Shown in pieces: positions 1 to 8,804 of a DNA stretch of 64,000 nt. Position 1 is the first letter of the stretch. Every line of letters begins with the position of its first letter. This stretch comes from Alphaproteobacteria bacterium (GTDB lineage Bacteria; Pseudomonadota; Alphaproteobacteria; GCA-2731375). A program made the position numbers and the translations under genes. The notes under the pieces were generated by a model, which saw only the letters and a program-made list of their open reading frames with translations, searched no databases and was not told the DNA's origin. The stretch lies in assembly GCA_965225945.1 (NCBI GenBank), contig CBDDBZ010000030.1, positions 1-64,000 on the forward strand. Reading direction: 5' to 3'.

Positions 1-970
1 TCGACAATAGAGACGAGCTTTGACCGCCAGTTGTTCTAAACGCAATCAATCCGCATGAGTTGGCTTCTCCAAATACCTCAGCAAGCACTTCGCGAACGTG
101 GTGCAAATTGTCATCCGATATCTGGACAAATATCGAGCCATATTCAGAAAGTAACTCCTTCGCCATCAGTAGACGATCACGTAGATATGTCAGGTAAGAG
201 TGCAGCCCGAGTTCCCACGTGTCCCGGTAGGCTTTGACCATCTCTGGCTCGCGAATCATTTCATCGTCGGAACCGTGCTTGACGCTGTTCTTGCGGACGA
301 AGGGCTGGAAGTTCGATCCGAATTTCACCCCATAGGGCGGGTCGAAGTAGAGCATCTGCACCTGACCGCCCATGCCCTCGTATTCGAGGAGGGAGTTCAT
401 CACCTGAAGTGAATCGCCCAGCACGAGCCGGTTGGTCCACGGACCCTTGTGCTTGTAGGCGTCGAGCTTGTCGGCAATGTCGAGGTCAACGTCACCGAAG
501 AGATCGAGCGTGGTGCCGCGCGCCTTGTGAGATTGCAGGGTCTCCAGAATCGCCTGCGTGGAATGGCGCTCGTGGACGAAGAGCGGCAGCGTTGGCACGC
601 TGACCTGCTGTCGCTCAGCCTTTCCGCTCCAGTTGAGGAAGGGTTTGGTCAGGCTGCGCAGCCGCGCGGCGCACTGTGAGAGCGAGGTGAAGCGCTCCTC
701 GGTCCCCTGCCAAACCCGCGGTTCGGCGAAAACCTTGTCCTCTCCCTTCTCGGCGGCCTCGGCGATCATTCCGAGCAGCCACTCGGCGAAAGCCCGATCG
801 GCGCTCTCGTCCCAAAAAAGCTCCGGCGCAAGACTGGAGTCGTAGCGGTAGGTCCGGGGCGGCTTCTTGTGGGCAAACTGCGCCTCGACGCCAACGTCGG
901 GGCGCTGCACGGATTCCTGCGTGTGCTTGTAGGGAGATGCTGGAGCTTCTCGAATCTCTTTCTGCGCCAT
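1..970 (-). CDS. Site-specific adenine DNA methyltransferase, type III RM Mod-like (5' part; runs off window)
   Basis: Not in the ORF track because it is edge-truncated. Manual translation from ATG 970: MAQKEIRE...YRYDSSLAPEL...WTNRLVLGDSLQVMNSLLEYEGMGGQVQMLYFDPPYGVKFGSNFQPF...AYRDTWELGLHSYLTYLRDRL...GSIFVQISDDNLHHVREVL. DPPY motif IV is present. Confidence 0.85.
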   Translation of the reverse strand, partial: MAQKEIREAPASPYKHTQESVQRPDVGVEAQFAHKKPPRTYRYDSSLAPELFWDESADRAFAEWLLGMIAEAAEKGEDKVFAEPRVWQGTEERFTSLSQCAARLRSLTKPFLNWSGKAERQQVSVPTLPLFVHERHSTQAILETLQSHKARGTTLDLFGDVDLDIADKLDAYKHKGPWTNRLVLGDSLQVMNSLLEYEGMGGQVQMLYFDPPYGVKFGSNFQPFVRKNSVKHGSDDEMIREPEMVKAYRDTWELGLHSYLTYLRDRLLMAKELLSEYGSIFVQISDDNLHHVREVLAEVFGEANSCGLIAFRTTGGQSSSLLS

Positions 971-1214
971 GAAACCGTGCCCTTATATTCTGTTCGTTGC
1001 GTTTTCGAGGACCGCGCTGCGGCCTCCGGGAAAATGTTGGTAGAGAGCGGTGACCAAGGTGCCGAGGACGAACGGCGCCCCAACTAGTGCCCCCTGTCTG
1101 CGTATACTTGCCCGCCCAGTACGCGTCACCGAGCTACACTGATCCCTGACCCATCGTCCTTTCCCTCGTTTGCTGTCTCGGAGATTGCTTATAGCATCGC
1201 CGTTTCGGTCTGGC

Positions 1215-1526
1215 CTATGCCGCCTCCCCCGTGCCGGCGGCGCCCTTCTCCACCCGCCGCTTCAGGATACCGGACGGCCGGAAGACCGCCACCCGGCGCG
1301 GCGAGACCGCTGCCGGTTCGCCCGTTTTCGGATTCCTGCCCATTCGCGGCCCCTTGTCGCGCACCATGAATGTGCCGAACGAGGAGATCTTCACCGTCTC
1401 CCCGGCCGTCAGCCGCTCCGCGATCGTCTCGACGAAGCCCTCCACGAGCGCCGCCGGCTCGTGGCGCGTCACTCCCACTTCGTCGCGGACGGCATCCATC
1501 AGATCGGCTTTCGTCACCGTCGCCAT
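1215..1526 (-). CDS. Integration host factor alpha-like / HU family DNA-binding protein (island copy)
   Basis: MATVTKADL...VKISSFGTF..R.K..RMGRNPKTGE...PRRVAVFRPSGILK is the HU/IHF signature. The real start is the internal ATG at 1526 of ORF 1215..1925. Confidence 0.85.
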   Translation of the reverse strand: MATVTKADLMDAVRDEVGVTRHEPAALVEGFVETIAERLTAGETVKISSFGTFMVRDKGPRMGRNPKTGEPAAVSPRRVAVFRPSGILKRRVEKGAAGTGEAA

Positions 1527-1712
1527 GGCGGAATATCCCTTCCATCCCCACCACCATATTCGGCTCGCAAGACCGGTCAAACCGCGGGTTTGCCGCCGTG
1601 GACGGCTGCGCCGGTGGCCAAAGTCTCGGCGATGCCTCCCAGGCCGGCCTGTCGTTCCGGAGACAAGGAGACACCGCCGCCCCGGTCGTCTCTCAGGCTC
1701 GCACCGGGACCC

Positions 1713-1964
1713 TTGGGTCCGGGCGCGGATCCGAAGAAGGTCGAGATCGAGGTCAACGGCAACAAGGTCGAGATGCTCGAAGGACCGGCGTCGGGGCAGG
1801 AGATCAAGCAGGAGGCAATCAGGCAGGGCGTCGGGATCAAGGAGAACTTCGTTCTCCAGCAGGAGATGCCGAACGGCACCGGCAAGGTCATCGGCGACGA
1901 CGACAAGGTGGTCATCCGCGAGCATCTCAGCTTCACAGCCATCGAACCCGACGACAACAGCTGA
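1713..1964 (+). CDS. Ubiquitin-like (beta-grasp, multiubiquitin-type) protein ending in -PDDNS
   Basis: KKVEIEVNGNKVEMLEGPASGQEIK..A...G.....FVL........KVIGDDDKV.I.....F fits the pattern of prokaryotic multi-ubiquitin domains. The stop overlaps the next ATG (TGATG). Start uncertain (TTG 1713 or ATG 1632). Confidence 0.7.
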   Translation: MGPGADPKKVEIEVNGNKVEMLEGPASGQEIKQEAIRQGVGIKENFVLQQEMPNGTGKVIGDDDKVVIREHLSFTAIEPDDNS

Positions 1965-2365
1965 TGCGGGGTGACGGTGTGAAGGCGGAGATCGGCGAGG
2001 CTATCGAGGAGTTGAAGCGGGCCTTTCCCTCCTCGGAGTTCACGGTGAGCGAAGACGGGCAGGGAGGGGCCCGCGTGGTGGTCGAGTGCGTGGCAATCGG
2101 CGCGCGCTACGAGCCCGAGCAGTCCTGGCTGGGGGGCCACATTCCCGCTCAGTATCCCTATGCCGACATCTATCCGGTGTTCATGGACGCCGCGGTGCGG
2201 CGTCGGGACGGCAAGGCCTTCGAGGCGCCGATCACGGCGGGGCATAAATTCTGCGGGCGCCCGGCAATCCAGATTTCCCGGCGGAACAACCGGATCCAGA
2301 ATTCCGGGCAGACCGCCGTGGCCAAGTTCCTGAAGATCCTCGACTTCCTGGAAAAGGTCCAATGA
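1964..2365 (+). CDS. Prokaryotic E2/UBC-fold protein (Prok-E2 family E-like)
   Basis: 133 aa with ..IPAQYPYADIYPVF (UBC P-x-x-YP motif) and QISRR. Lies between the Ubl and E1 genes with overlapping stop/start codons on both sides. Confidence 0.65.
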   Translation: MRGDGVKAEIGEAIEELKRAFPSSEFTVSEDGQGGARVVVECVAIGARYEPEQSWLGGHIPAQYPYADIYPVFMDAAVRRRDGKAFEAPITAGHKFCGRPAIQISRRNNRIQNSGQTAVAKFLKILDFLEKVQ

Positions 2366-3742
2366 AAAGCGAACCGACATGCGACGTCGCGATCAGGGAA
2401 GGGGATCACGACCGCCTGATGGCGCATCTCTATCCGGGCGACGGCGACGAATACGGCGCGGTCCTACGTGCGGGGGTCGTGTTCTGCGGCGCCGGGCTGG
2501 GGACGGACTCGCCTGCTGGTCAATGCTGTGGAGCCGGCGCGGGTGGGGACGGACTACGTTCCCGGAAAATACGGCTACCGCGCGCTGGCGCCGACATTCA
2601 TCCACCGGCAGATCGTGCGATGCCGGGACGAGCGCATGGCCTACCTGGCGGTGCACAATCACGGTTCGGACACGTCGGTACGCTTCAGCAAGGTCGACAT
2701 GGACTCGCACGAGCGAGGCTATCCGGCATTGCGCGATATCGGCAAGGGCGTGCCGGTGGGCGCGCTGGTCTTCGGGCGGCGTGCGGTGGCTGCGGACATC
2801 TGGATGCCGGACGGCACGCGCCGGGCACTCGGGTCGTACCGAATTGTCGGACGCACCATCAGAAGGCTCTATCCCAACCCTCAGCGGGCGACTAAGGCGG
2901 GCACCGGCTTCGATCGGCAGGTGCGCATGTTCAGCAATGCCGGGCAGGCCGTGCTGGGGGCGAGTAAGGTAGCGGTGGTGGGGCTGGGTGGCGTCGGCTC
3001 CATGGTCGCGGAATATCTGGCGCGCCTCGGCGTCGGACAGCTTGTTCTGGTCGATATGGACGTCATCGAGGACACTAACCTGTCCCGGGTCGTCGGCGCG
3101 ACGCCCACGGATGTGGTGACCGGGAAGTTCAAGACGCAGATCGCCGTGCGGCACCTGCGGGAAGCAAGACCGGATATTCGCGTGGACGCGATACGGGACG
3201 ACGTTGCGAACGACGCGGTCGCGATGAAGCTGCGGGACTGCGATTTCATTTTCCTGGCAGCGGACTCCATGCGGGGCCGGCTCGTGGTGAACGCGCTGGT
3301 GCACCAATATCTGATTCCTGCAGTGCAGATGGGCGCCAAGATCAGGCCGGGCGCGGGCGGCTCGATCGAGGAGGCCATGTGCGCGGTCCGGCAGCTGCGG
3401 CCGGGAACGGGGTGCCTCTGGTGCAACGGGCTGATCGATGGAACGCAGCTGGCGATCGAGGCGAAGACGGACGAGGAACGCAAGGCCCAGGACTACGGTG
3501 TAAGGGAGCCAAACCCCAGCGTGATCACGCTCAATGCCGTGGCTGCGGGACAGGCGGTAAACGACTTCTTGTTCGACTTCCTTGATTTGCGGTCGGAGGG
3601 CGGCGATGCGGTGTATCAGCACCATCATTTTCTGCGGCATACCGTGCAAAACGTGGTTCCTCGCAAGGACCAGAACTGCCGGGAGTGTGGAAGACGGCTG
3701 GGCATGGGCGACGCGATAGACCTGCCGACAGCGACGGGATGA
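2362..3742 (+). CDS. JAB/MPN peptidase - ThiF/E1 adenylation enzyme fusion, with a +1 frameshift near 2470-2505
   Basis: The N-terminus (HLYPGDGDEYGAV, JAB Glu) is in the 2362 frame and the rest is in the 2468 frame. JAB motif: HNH.......FS..D. ThiF motifs: GLGGVGS, DMD.IEDTNLSR, K, CDFIFLAADS, Zn pairs CLWC and CREC. Confidence 0.85.
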
Positions 3743-3865
3743 GTTTGACCGTGATCGTAGACCTCGGGAGGCAGGCTCCGGGAGGCGTTCGTGCGGCTCC
3801 GAAGAACGACCGGGTGGCGGTCGCCGGACCGGGGTCGAAGGCGCTAGAGAAGGAGGGGTTCGACT

Positions 3866-4591
3866 GTGAGTGAAAGGGGGGCGGGCGGCAGCCGTGACGG
3901 CGAGCGCCGGTGGTTCGAGTCACTGCCGGACGGCCGGTCGTGGGCGGCGCTGTGGAGCGCATACGTCCGTTGCGGCTGTAGGGCAATCTGGTCCATGGAG
4001 GCTGAGTGCCCGGTTTGCGGCAAGGCTCCGCCGAAAGAGGAGTGGGTGGTGGTGCGGGACGCCGACGGCACCGAGTACCGCGTGCCTCCGGTGTTCAACG
4101 GCGCTGACGGCAGATACGCGGACTGGACATGGCTGCGCATGCTGGAAGGGGAATGGCGGAGGCCGGTGGACGCGGGGCTGTACGGTTCGATCCCTGAGGC
4201 CCATCGGCCGTCGGCGCGCGCCATCGTGGTGCTCGTGTTCTGGAGCTACTTCGAGACGCGTATCGAGAGACTGTTTCGCGAGACGGCGAATGTGGTGCCT
4301 GCGCAGGTGTTGGATCATCTCCTGGAGCGCCATTCCTCTGTCGGCGCGCGGATGGACAGGCTCTACAGGGTGGTGTTCTCGTCTACCTACCGGGCCGATC
4401 TCAATAACCTTGGATATGGGTGCGTGGCGGCGCTGCTCAAGAAGGTGGAACAGTGCCGAAACAGGTTCACTCACGGCCACCCGGAAGCGATCGACGACGC
4501 GCTGGTCGAAGAGCTGGTGGCGGGCCTGAGGGATGAGCATGAGGGTTGGATCGCCGTGTTCAACAGGCGTCTAAGCGAGGCTCGCAAGTGA
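3866..4591 (+). CDS. Zn-finger plus HEPN-like (Rx4H) domain protein, putative RNase effector
   Basis: N-terminal CGC...CPVC. The helix VLVFWSYFETRIERL is followed by RNRFTH (R-N-x3-H). Confidence 0.55.
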   Translation: MSERGAGGSRDGERRWFESLPDGRSWAALWSAYVRCGCRAIWSMEAECPVCGKAPPKEEWVVVRDADGTEYRVPPVFNGADGRYADWTWLRMLEGEWRRPVDAGLYGSIPEAHRPSARAIVVLVFWSYFETRIERLFRETANVVPAQVLDHLLERHSSVGARMDRLYRVVFSSTYRADLNNLGYGCVAALLKKVEQCRNRFTHGHPEAIDDALVEELVAGLRDEHEGWIAVFNRRLSEARK

Positions 4592-4636
4592 TCGGTCACA
4601 GCCATCCGTGGCGGGAACAGGCATTGGAAAACGGAT

Positions 4637-4834
4637 CTAGGCGGGGTCTATAGGAGTAACATGAAGAGCTATGCTGTTTCCGAAGCGCGACCTCGATGCT
4701 CTCACGGATTCATTGGCCAAGTGAGCATGGCGCGCGGTGGATTGCCGCTGGGTGTGACCGAACAGTTTCCCGATTATCGGGACACTTTCACCGAGCGCTT
4801 AATCACTCGACGCAAAGGAGTGCCGGATGTGACG
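4637..4834 (-). pseudogene. Degenerate 3' end of a tyrosine integrase
   Basis: Manual translation RHIRHSFASSD*ALGESVPIIGKLFGHTQRQSTARHAHLANESV...* matches the HxLRH...LGH...T.RY box. It has an internal stop and the catalytic Tyr is replaced by His. Confidence 0.75.
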
Positions 4835-4995
4835 CGGGCGGCGGACAACGGGTTGGGCGTGGCCGGTGAGTCGGACGTTCAATACGACTATTGGCCTCTT
4901 CCAGGATACCCGACAGCGGGGGCCCTCGGAGGCTTATTCCAGAGACCGTGGCAGCATCGGACAAGGCGACCGTGAACAGGAGGGACCGGATAATC

Positions 4996-5901
4996 ATGTG
5001 GGCCGAAGCTATTGAACTCGTGTCGCAGCAAGTGGTGGCCATCCGTACCCTGGAGTGTTCCGGAACCGGTTTCATCAGCTTCGGTCGACAGCGCGGGACA
5101 CGAATCGTTGCCACCGCCCAGCACGTGATCGAAGCCGCAATTGACAACAGCGATCTGATCCAGATTTCGAGTGGTCGACGGATCCTGACATTGGGAAACG
5201 CCGGCCTGAATATGCGGTTTCTCCACAAGACCACTCCGGGCGTGGACTCGGCCATTTTAGCCTTCATTACGCAGGATCTTCCTCGGCCGGCCGTTCCTAT
5301 CTTGGACCCTGCGAGTCCTGAGGAGGTGGAACAAGTCAAGGTAGGCACGGAGGTCGGGTGGCTCGGATTCCCGGCGCTAAGGACCGTTGCTGAGCGGCTC
5401 TGCTTCTTCTCGGGCAGGATCAGCCTAGTCGATCCCGCTGGTCGATTTCTCCTTGACGGAACGAATGTCCAAGGGTGCAGCGGCGGTCCGGCTTTCTGCG
5501 TTACGCCTGACGGCCCTCGGATTATCGGAGTCGTCACAGGCTACTTCCCCAACGAGAACTTCAGGGGGGCTATGGGCGAACGCGCTGGCTTGGCCCCTGG
5601 ATTGACGGCGATCGCGGACGTTACCAACTACAAGAGTCTCGAGGGGGCTCTCAACCAGCTTCCCGACAACAAGGGTGAGGAGAAGACGGCCAGCATCAAA
5701 CTCGATAAATGTGCCAAGTGCGGGGCCGATCTCGTGAGGGGGACATACCCTGGAGATGATCAAACACCGACACTGCTGTGTAGCGAGGGCTGCGGTCCCT
5801 TGATCGACTTGATAGATGAAGTTTTGGTCAACGCATTTCCTGGTGGAGTACGTGGGTTCAATCAAATGCTTTACGAGGGGCACGAGCGTGTCATGAAGTG
5901 A
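4996..5901 (+). CDS. Trypsin-like serine protease with C-terminal Zn-ribbon-like domain
   Basis: Catalytic triad motifs ATAQHV, DSAIL, GCSGGP. The C-terminus has CAKC...CSEGC. No signal peptide. AGGAGG lies upstream. Confidence 0.8.
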   Translation: MWAEAIELVSQQVVAIRTLECSGTGFISFGRQRGTRIVATAQHVIEAAIDNSDLIQISSGRRILTLGNAGLNMRFLHKTTPGVDSAILAFITQDLPRPAVPILDPASPEEVEQVKVGTEVGWLGFPALRTVAERLCFFSGRISLVDPAGRFLLDGTNVQGCSGGPAFCVTPDGPRIIGVVTGYFPNENFRGAMGERAGLAPGLTAIADVTNYKSLEGALNQLPDNKGEEKTASIKLDKCAKCGADLVRGTYPGDDQTPTLLCSEGCGPLIDLIDEVLVNAFPGGVRGFNQMLYEGHERVMK

Positions 5902-5991
5902 TTACCCGCGGACGCACTCTACGAGCATGGTATGCCGGCAGACACTAGTCCTGATCGATAAGTTCGTATGCATTGCGGGAAACCCCAACAC

Positions 5992-6084
5992 GTCATGGCC
6001 GGGCTTGTCCCGGCCATCCACGCGTTCTCCCAGCGTCCGATGGGTCTGGCTGAGCGAGATGCCCGGAACAAGTCCGGGCATGAC
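5992..6084. repeat. Alphaproteobacterial CGTC/GTCA-tagged REP-like palindromic element
   Basis: gtcatggccgggcttgtcccggccatc ... gatgcccggaacaagtccgggcatgac: two hairpin arms that are also inverted repeats of each other. Confidence 0.8.
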
Positions 6085-6332
6085 GATGGGATTGGATGGT
6101 TCGTGTGGGTCAGACGCCCACTCCGAAGTCATGCGAACTACGGAAACAGGACACTAGGCGATCAGCACTTCCTGTCCACCGGGCTTGTGGGCGCAACGTA
6201 TTTCCAAGCGTCGGCCTAGGTCGGGCGGCCCTTTGTGCAACAAGAGGATGTAGAGATGTTTCAGGACGCATGCCGTCGGCTTGTTCCGGTTGTCACACCC
6301 ATAATGTCCATCTGGCGGACAAAGGACGGGAC

Positions 6333-7980
6333 GGGTGTGGGTCTGGTGTGGCAAACGTAAGTTATTGAAGTAGCGCGATTTCGCTGTCGAAACGGACGGC
6401 CGGAAACGGGGTTTCGTGACAATCGGCCATCCCAGGGGAGGATTTTGTCACGCCGACAGGGCCGAGCGGGGGAAGGTGGGGACGCTCCGTACCGCAAGAG
6501 ACGGTAGGATGCTGTGTGGAGAAGCCCAATATCAGGAGCGTTCCCATGTCAGTATCCCGCTCTCCGGCACCCTCGTCCATCGATCTTTCCGGCGTGCCTG
6601 CCCGGGTCGCCGAGGCGGTCGCCCAGGTGGTCGCAGTCTGTCACGAGCAGTTTCGCTCGGACCCGTGTCCCGAGGCGTTCGAGGAGGCGGAGTTGCGGGT
6701 GCGTGAGACCATGAACGCGCTCGCTTGTGAGCTTCTGGGCGCCGTCATCGAGAAGCGGGACGACGGCGCGTCCCGGATCGAGCGGGACGGGCAGAGCTGG
6801 TTCCGGGTGGCGGCGACGCCGAGGACGATCATGACCTCGCTCGGTCCGCTGACCTACCGGCGTGCCCGTTACCGTAGCGGCGCAAGCGGGTCATCGCCGG
6901 TGCCGGTCGACGAGAGCCTGGGTCTCGTCGACGATTACCTGACGCGGCCGGCGGCTCAGCTCGGTCTGCTGATGATGGGTCACTGCACGGCGCGGGAAGC
7001 GGCGGCGTTCTTTGCGAAGATCGGCGGCATGACGCCGTCGGTGAGCACCCTGCAGCGCCTGACACGGACCATGCACGAGCGCTGGGAGACCCTCGGCCCC
7101 GAGACGCTGGACAGCATCCGTGACGCCGAGGGCGTACCGCACGAGGCGGTCAGCGCCTCGGTGTCGCTCGACGGCGTCATGGTGCCGCTGCGGGCCGGCG
7201 AGGACGGCCGTGCCGAGGCCTCCTGGCGCGAGGCCGCCTGCGGCACGGTTTCCTTCCACGACGCCAGGGGCGAGCGTCTGAAGACCCTCTATCTCGGCCG
7301 CATGCCGGAGAGCGGCAAGGTCACACTGAAGGCGCAGCTCGCAAGCGAAGTCGCACATATCAGGCAGCTGCGCCCCGACGTCAGGATCGTCGCTATCGCC
7401 GACGCCGCCGCCGACAATTGGACCTTCCTGGAGACCCTGTCGCCCGAAACCGAGGTCATCGACTTCTGGCATGCCTGCGAACATCTCCGAACGGCATCCG
7501 ACCATGCGGTGGTCTCCGACTGGTTCGAGAGGTACCGCGAGGTTCTGCGTCACGACCCCTGTGGCGTCGACAAGGTGATCCGGGCGTTGCGCCACCTTCG
7601 TGATAGCGCAAAGCCGGATCGGGCCGAGATCGAACGGGAACTCGCCTTCTTCCGCAAGCACCGCCAGCGCATGCGCTACCACGCCCTGAAGGCAGAGGGC
7701 GTCGCCATCGGCTCAGGCGTGGTCGAGGCGGCCAACAAGACCCTGGTGACCCAGCGCATGAAGCGCTCCGGCATGCGCTGGCGGATCGCCAGCGGGCAGG
7801 CTGTGCTGACCTTCCGCGCCCTGATCAAATCCGCTCGCTTCGACCGGGCATGGAAGGCCATCATCGGCGCAACCGACACACCGGCCAACGACAACATCAA
7901 TCCCTGTGCCGTCATCGCCATCGCTGCCTGAACTCAATGAACGAAGCCGCTGCTATCAATGCCATACGAGACTCGCACCC
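6333..7980 (+). mobile_element. ISKra4/ISLre2-type insertion sequence (IS256 superfamily)
   Basis: Imperfect 20-bp terminal IRs gggtgtgggtctggtgtggc / gccatacgagactcgcaccc enclose one transposase. No target duplication. Confidence 0.75.
6546..7931 (+). CDS. ISKra4-family transposase
   Basis: Motifs SLDG, ADAA..NW, DFWHACEH, IGSGVVE.ANK...RMKRSGMRW. RBS aggag lies before ATG 6546. Confidence 0.8.
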   Translation: MSVSRSPAPSSIDLSGVPARVAEAVAQVVAVCHEQFRSDPCPEAFEEAELRVRETMNALACELLGAVIEKRDDGASRIERDGQSWFRVAATPRTIMTSLGPLTYRRARYRSGASGSSPVPVDESLGLVDDYLTRPAAQLGLLMMGHCTAREAAAFFAKIGGMTPSVSTLQRLTRTMHERWETLGPETLDSIRDAEGVPHEAVSASVSLDGVMVPLRAGEDGRAEASWREAACGTVSFHDARGERLKTLYLGRMPESGKVTLKAQLASEVAHIRQLRPDVRIVAIADAAADNWTFLETLSPETEVIDFWHACEHLRTASDHAVVSDWFERYREVLRHDPCGVDKVIRALRHLRDSAKPDRAEIERELAFFRKHRQRMRYHALKAEGVAIGSGVVEAANKTLVTQRMKRSGMRWRIASGQAVLTFRALIKSARFDRAWKAIIGATDTPANDNINPCAVIAIAA

Positions 7981-8804
7981 CTTAGGGATCGGGAGGCTGG
8001 AAGGCTACAAGCCCAAGAAAGGACAGACATTCCCTCGGTTCCGGGAAAAGGAAGTCGAGCTTGGGGAGCTTCTTTGTCGCATCGGCTATCCGCTCCTGCA
8101 CAAGGATTTCCGCGTGTTCGAGTCGAAATGGTCTCCCGACAAGGGCTTCCAAACAACGATGCAGGACGCTGCGCCTCCCGTGTTTGTGAACGAGGCGCTA
8201 GTCAGCAGGTTTGTGCGCTTGATTGACCGGATTACCGGCAAGGTCAGTGGGTGTTGGATCGAGACGAGTTCTCCGGGGCTCAAAGGACAGAGCGGCGGAC
8301 CGTTAACGGACAGTGTCGGGTTGATTTGTGGCATCCAAGTCAAAACGACGCCATATCCACTTGGTTTCAGAGATAACGAAGTCCTGTACGTCGGACGTGC
8401 AGTGCGCGTCGACACGGTTCGCAATTTTCTCGACGTACACAACGTCGAGTACCTCACCGGATAAACGACGCTCGCAGTACGTCGACGGCTAGGAGGGGTT
8501 GCACAAACGAATTCTATGGTGAACTGACCATAGTGCTTGGCGGCACGCCATCTTTGCCGGATTCCGGGGAACTGGCCGCGCTCGTCGACACGGTCGAGCA
8601 CGGACTTGCCGGACGAAACCGGGTCGGGCTGAGCAACACGCCGCAAGGAATCGTGTAACCATACGCCGAGGATCGCGGAATACTTGGGCCTGAGTTTGAC
8701 GGCAGGCAGTGCCGGTTGAAGCTCAGGGGTGTTGACGGTTATCGACCGGAATCCTGAGGCCGTGGTCAAGGCGCTAGGCGAGGGTGGCGACGGCGGACGG
8801 CGGG

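Larger units (their letters stand above)
6256..8464 (+). pseudogene. Second trypsin-like protease, split by the IS at 6333-7980 with the central part deleted
   Basis: 5' stub MFQDACRRLVPVVTPIMSIWRTKDG (6256-6332, RBS agagga). The 3' part (7981-8464) has ..IGYP.., IETSSPGLKGQSGGP and GRAV. The His motif is absent. Confidence 0.55.

Noticed and set aside
55-1087. Plus-strand ORFs such as 200..412 and 449..679
   Set aside because: They are antisense shadows of the minus-strand methyltransferase.
1713-3742. ThiS/ThiF or MoaD/MoeB sulfur-carrier operon, or CBASS Cap2/Cap3
   Set aside because: There are no thiamine, Moco or cysteine-synthase genes, the Ubl has no GG end, an E2-like gene is present, and no CD-NTase is visible in the window.
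8470-8800. ORF 8086..8808 (-) and a possible gene fragment in this gap
   Set aside because: No recognisable motif; it overlaps the protease relic on the opposite strand and the plus frames contain stops.
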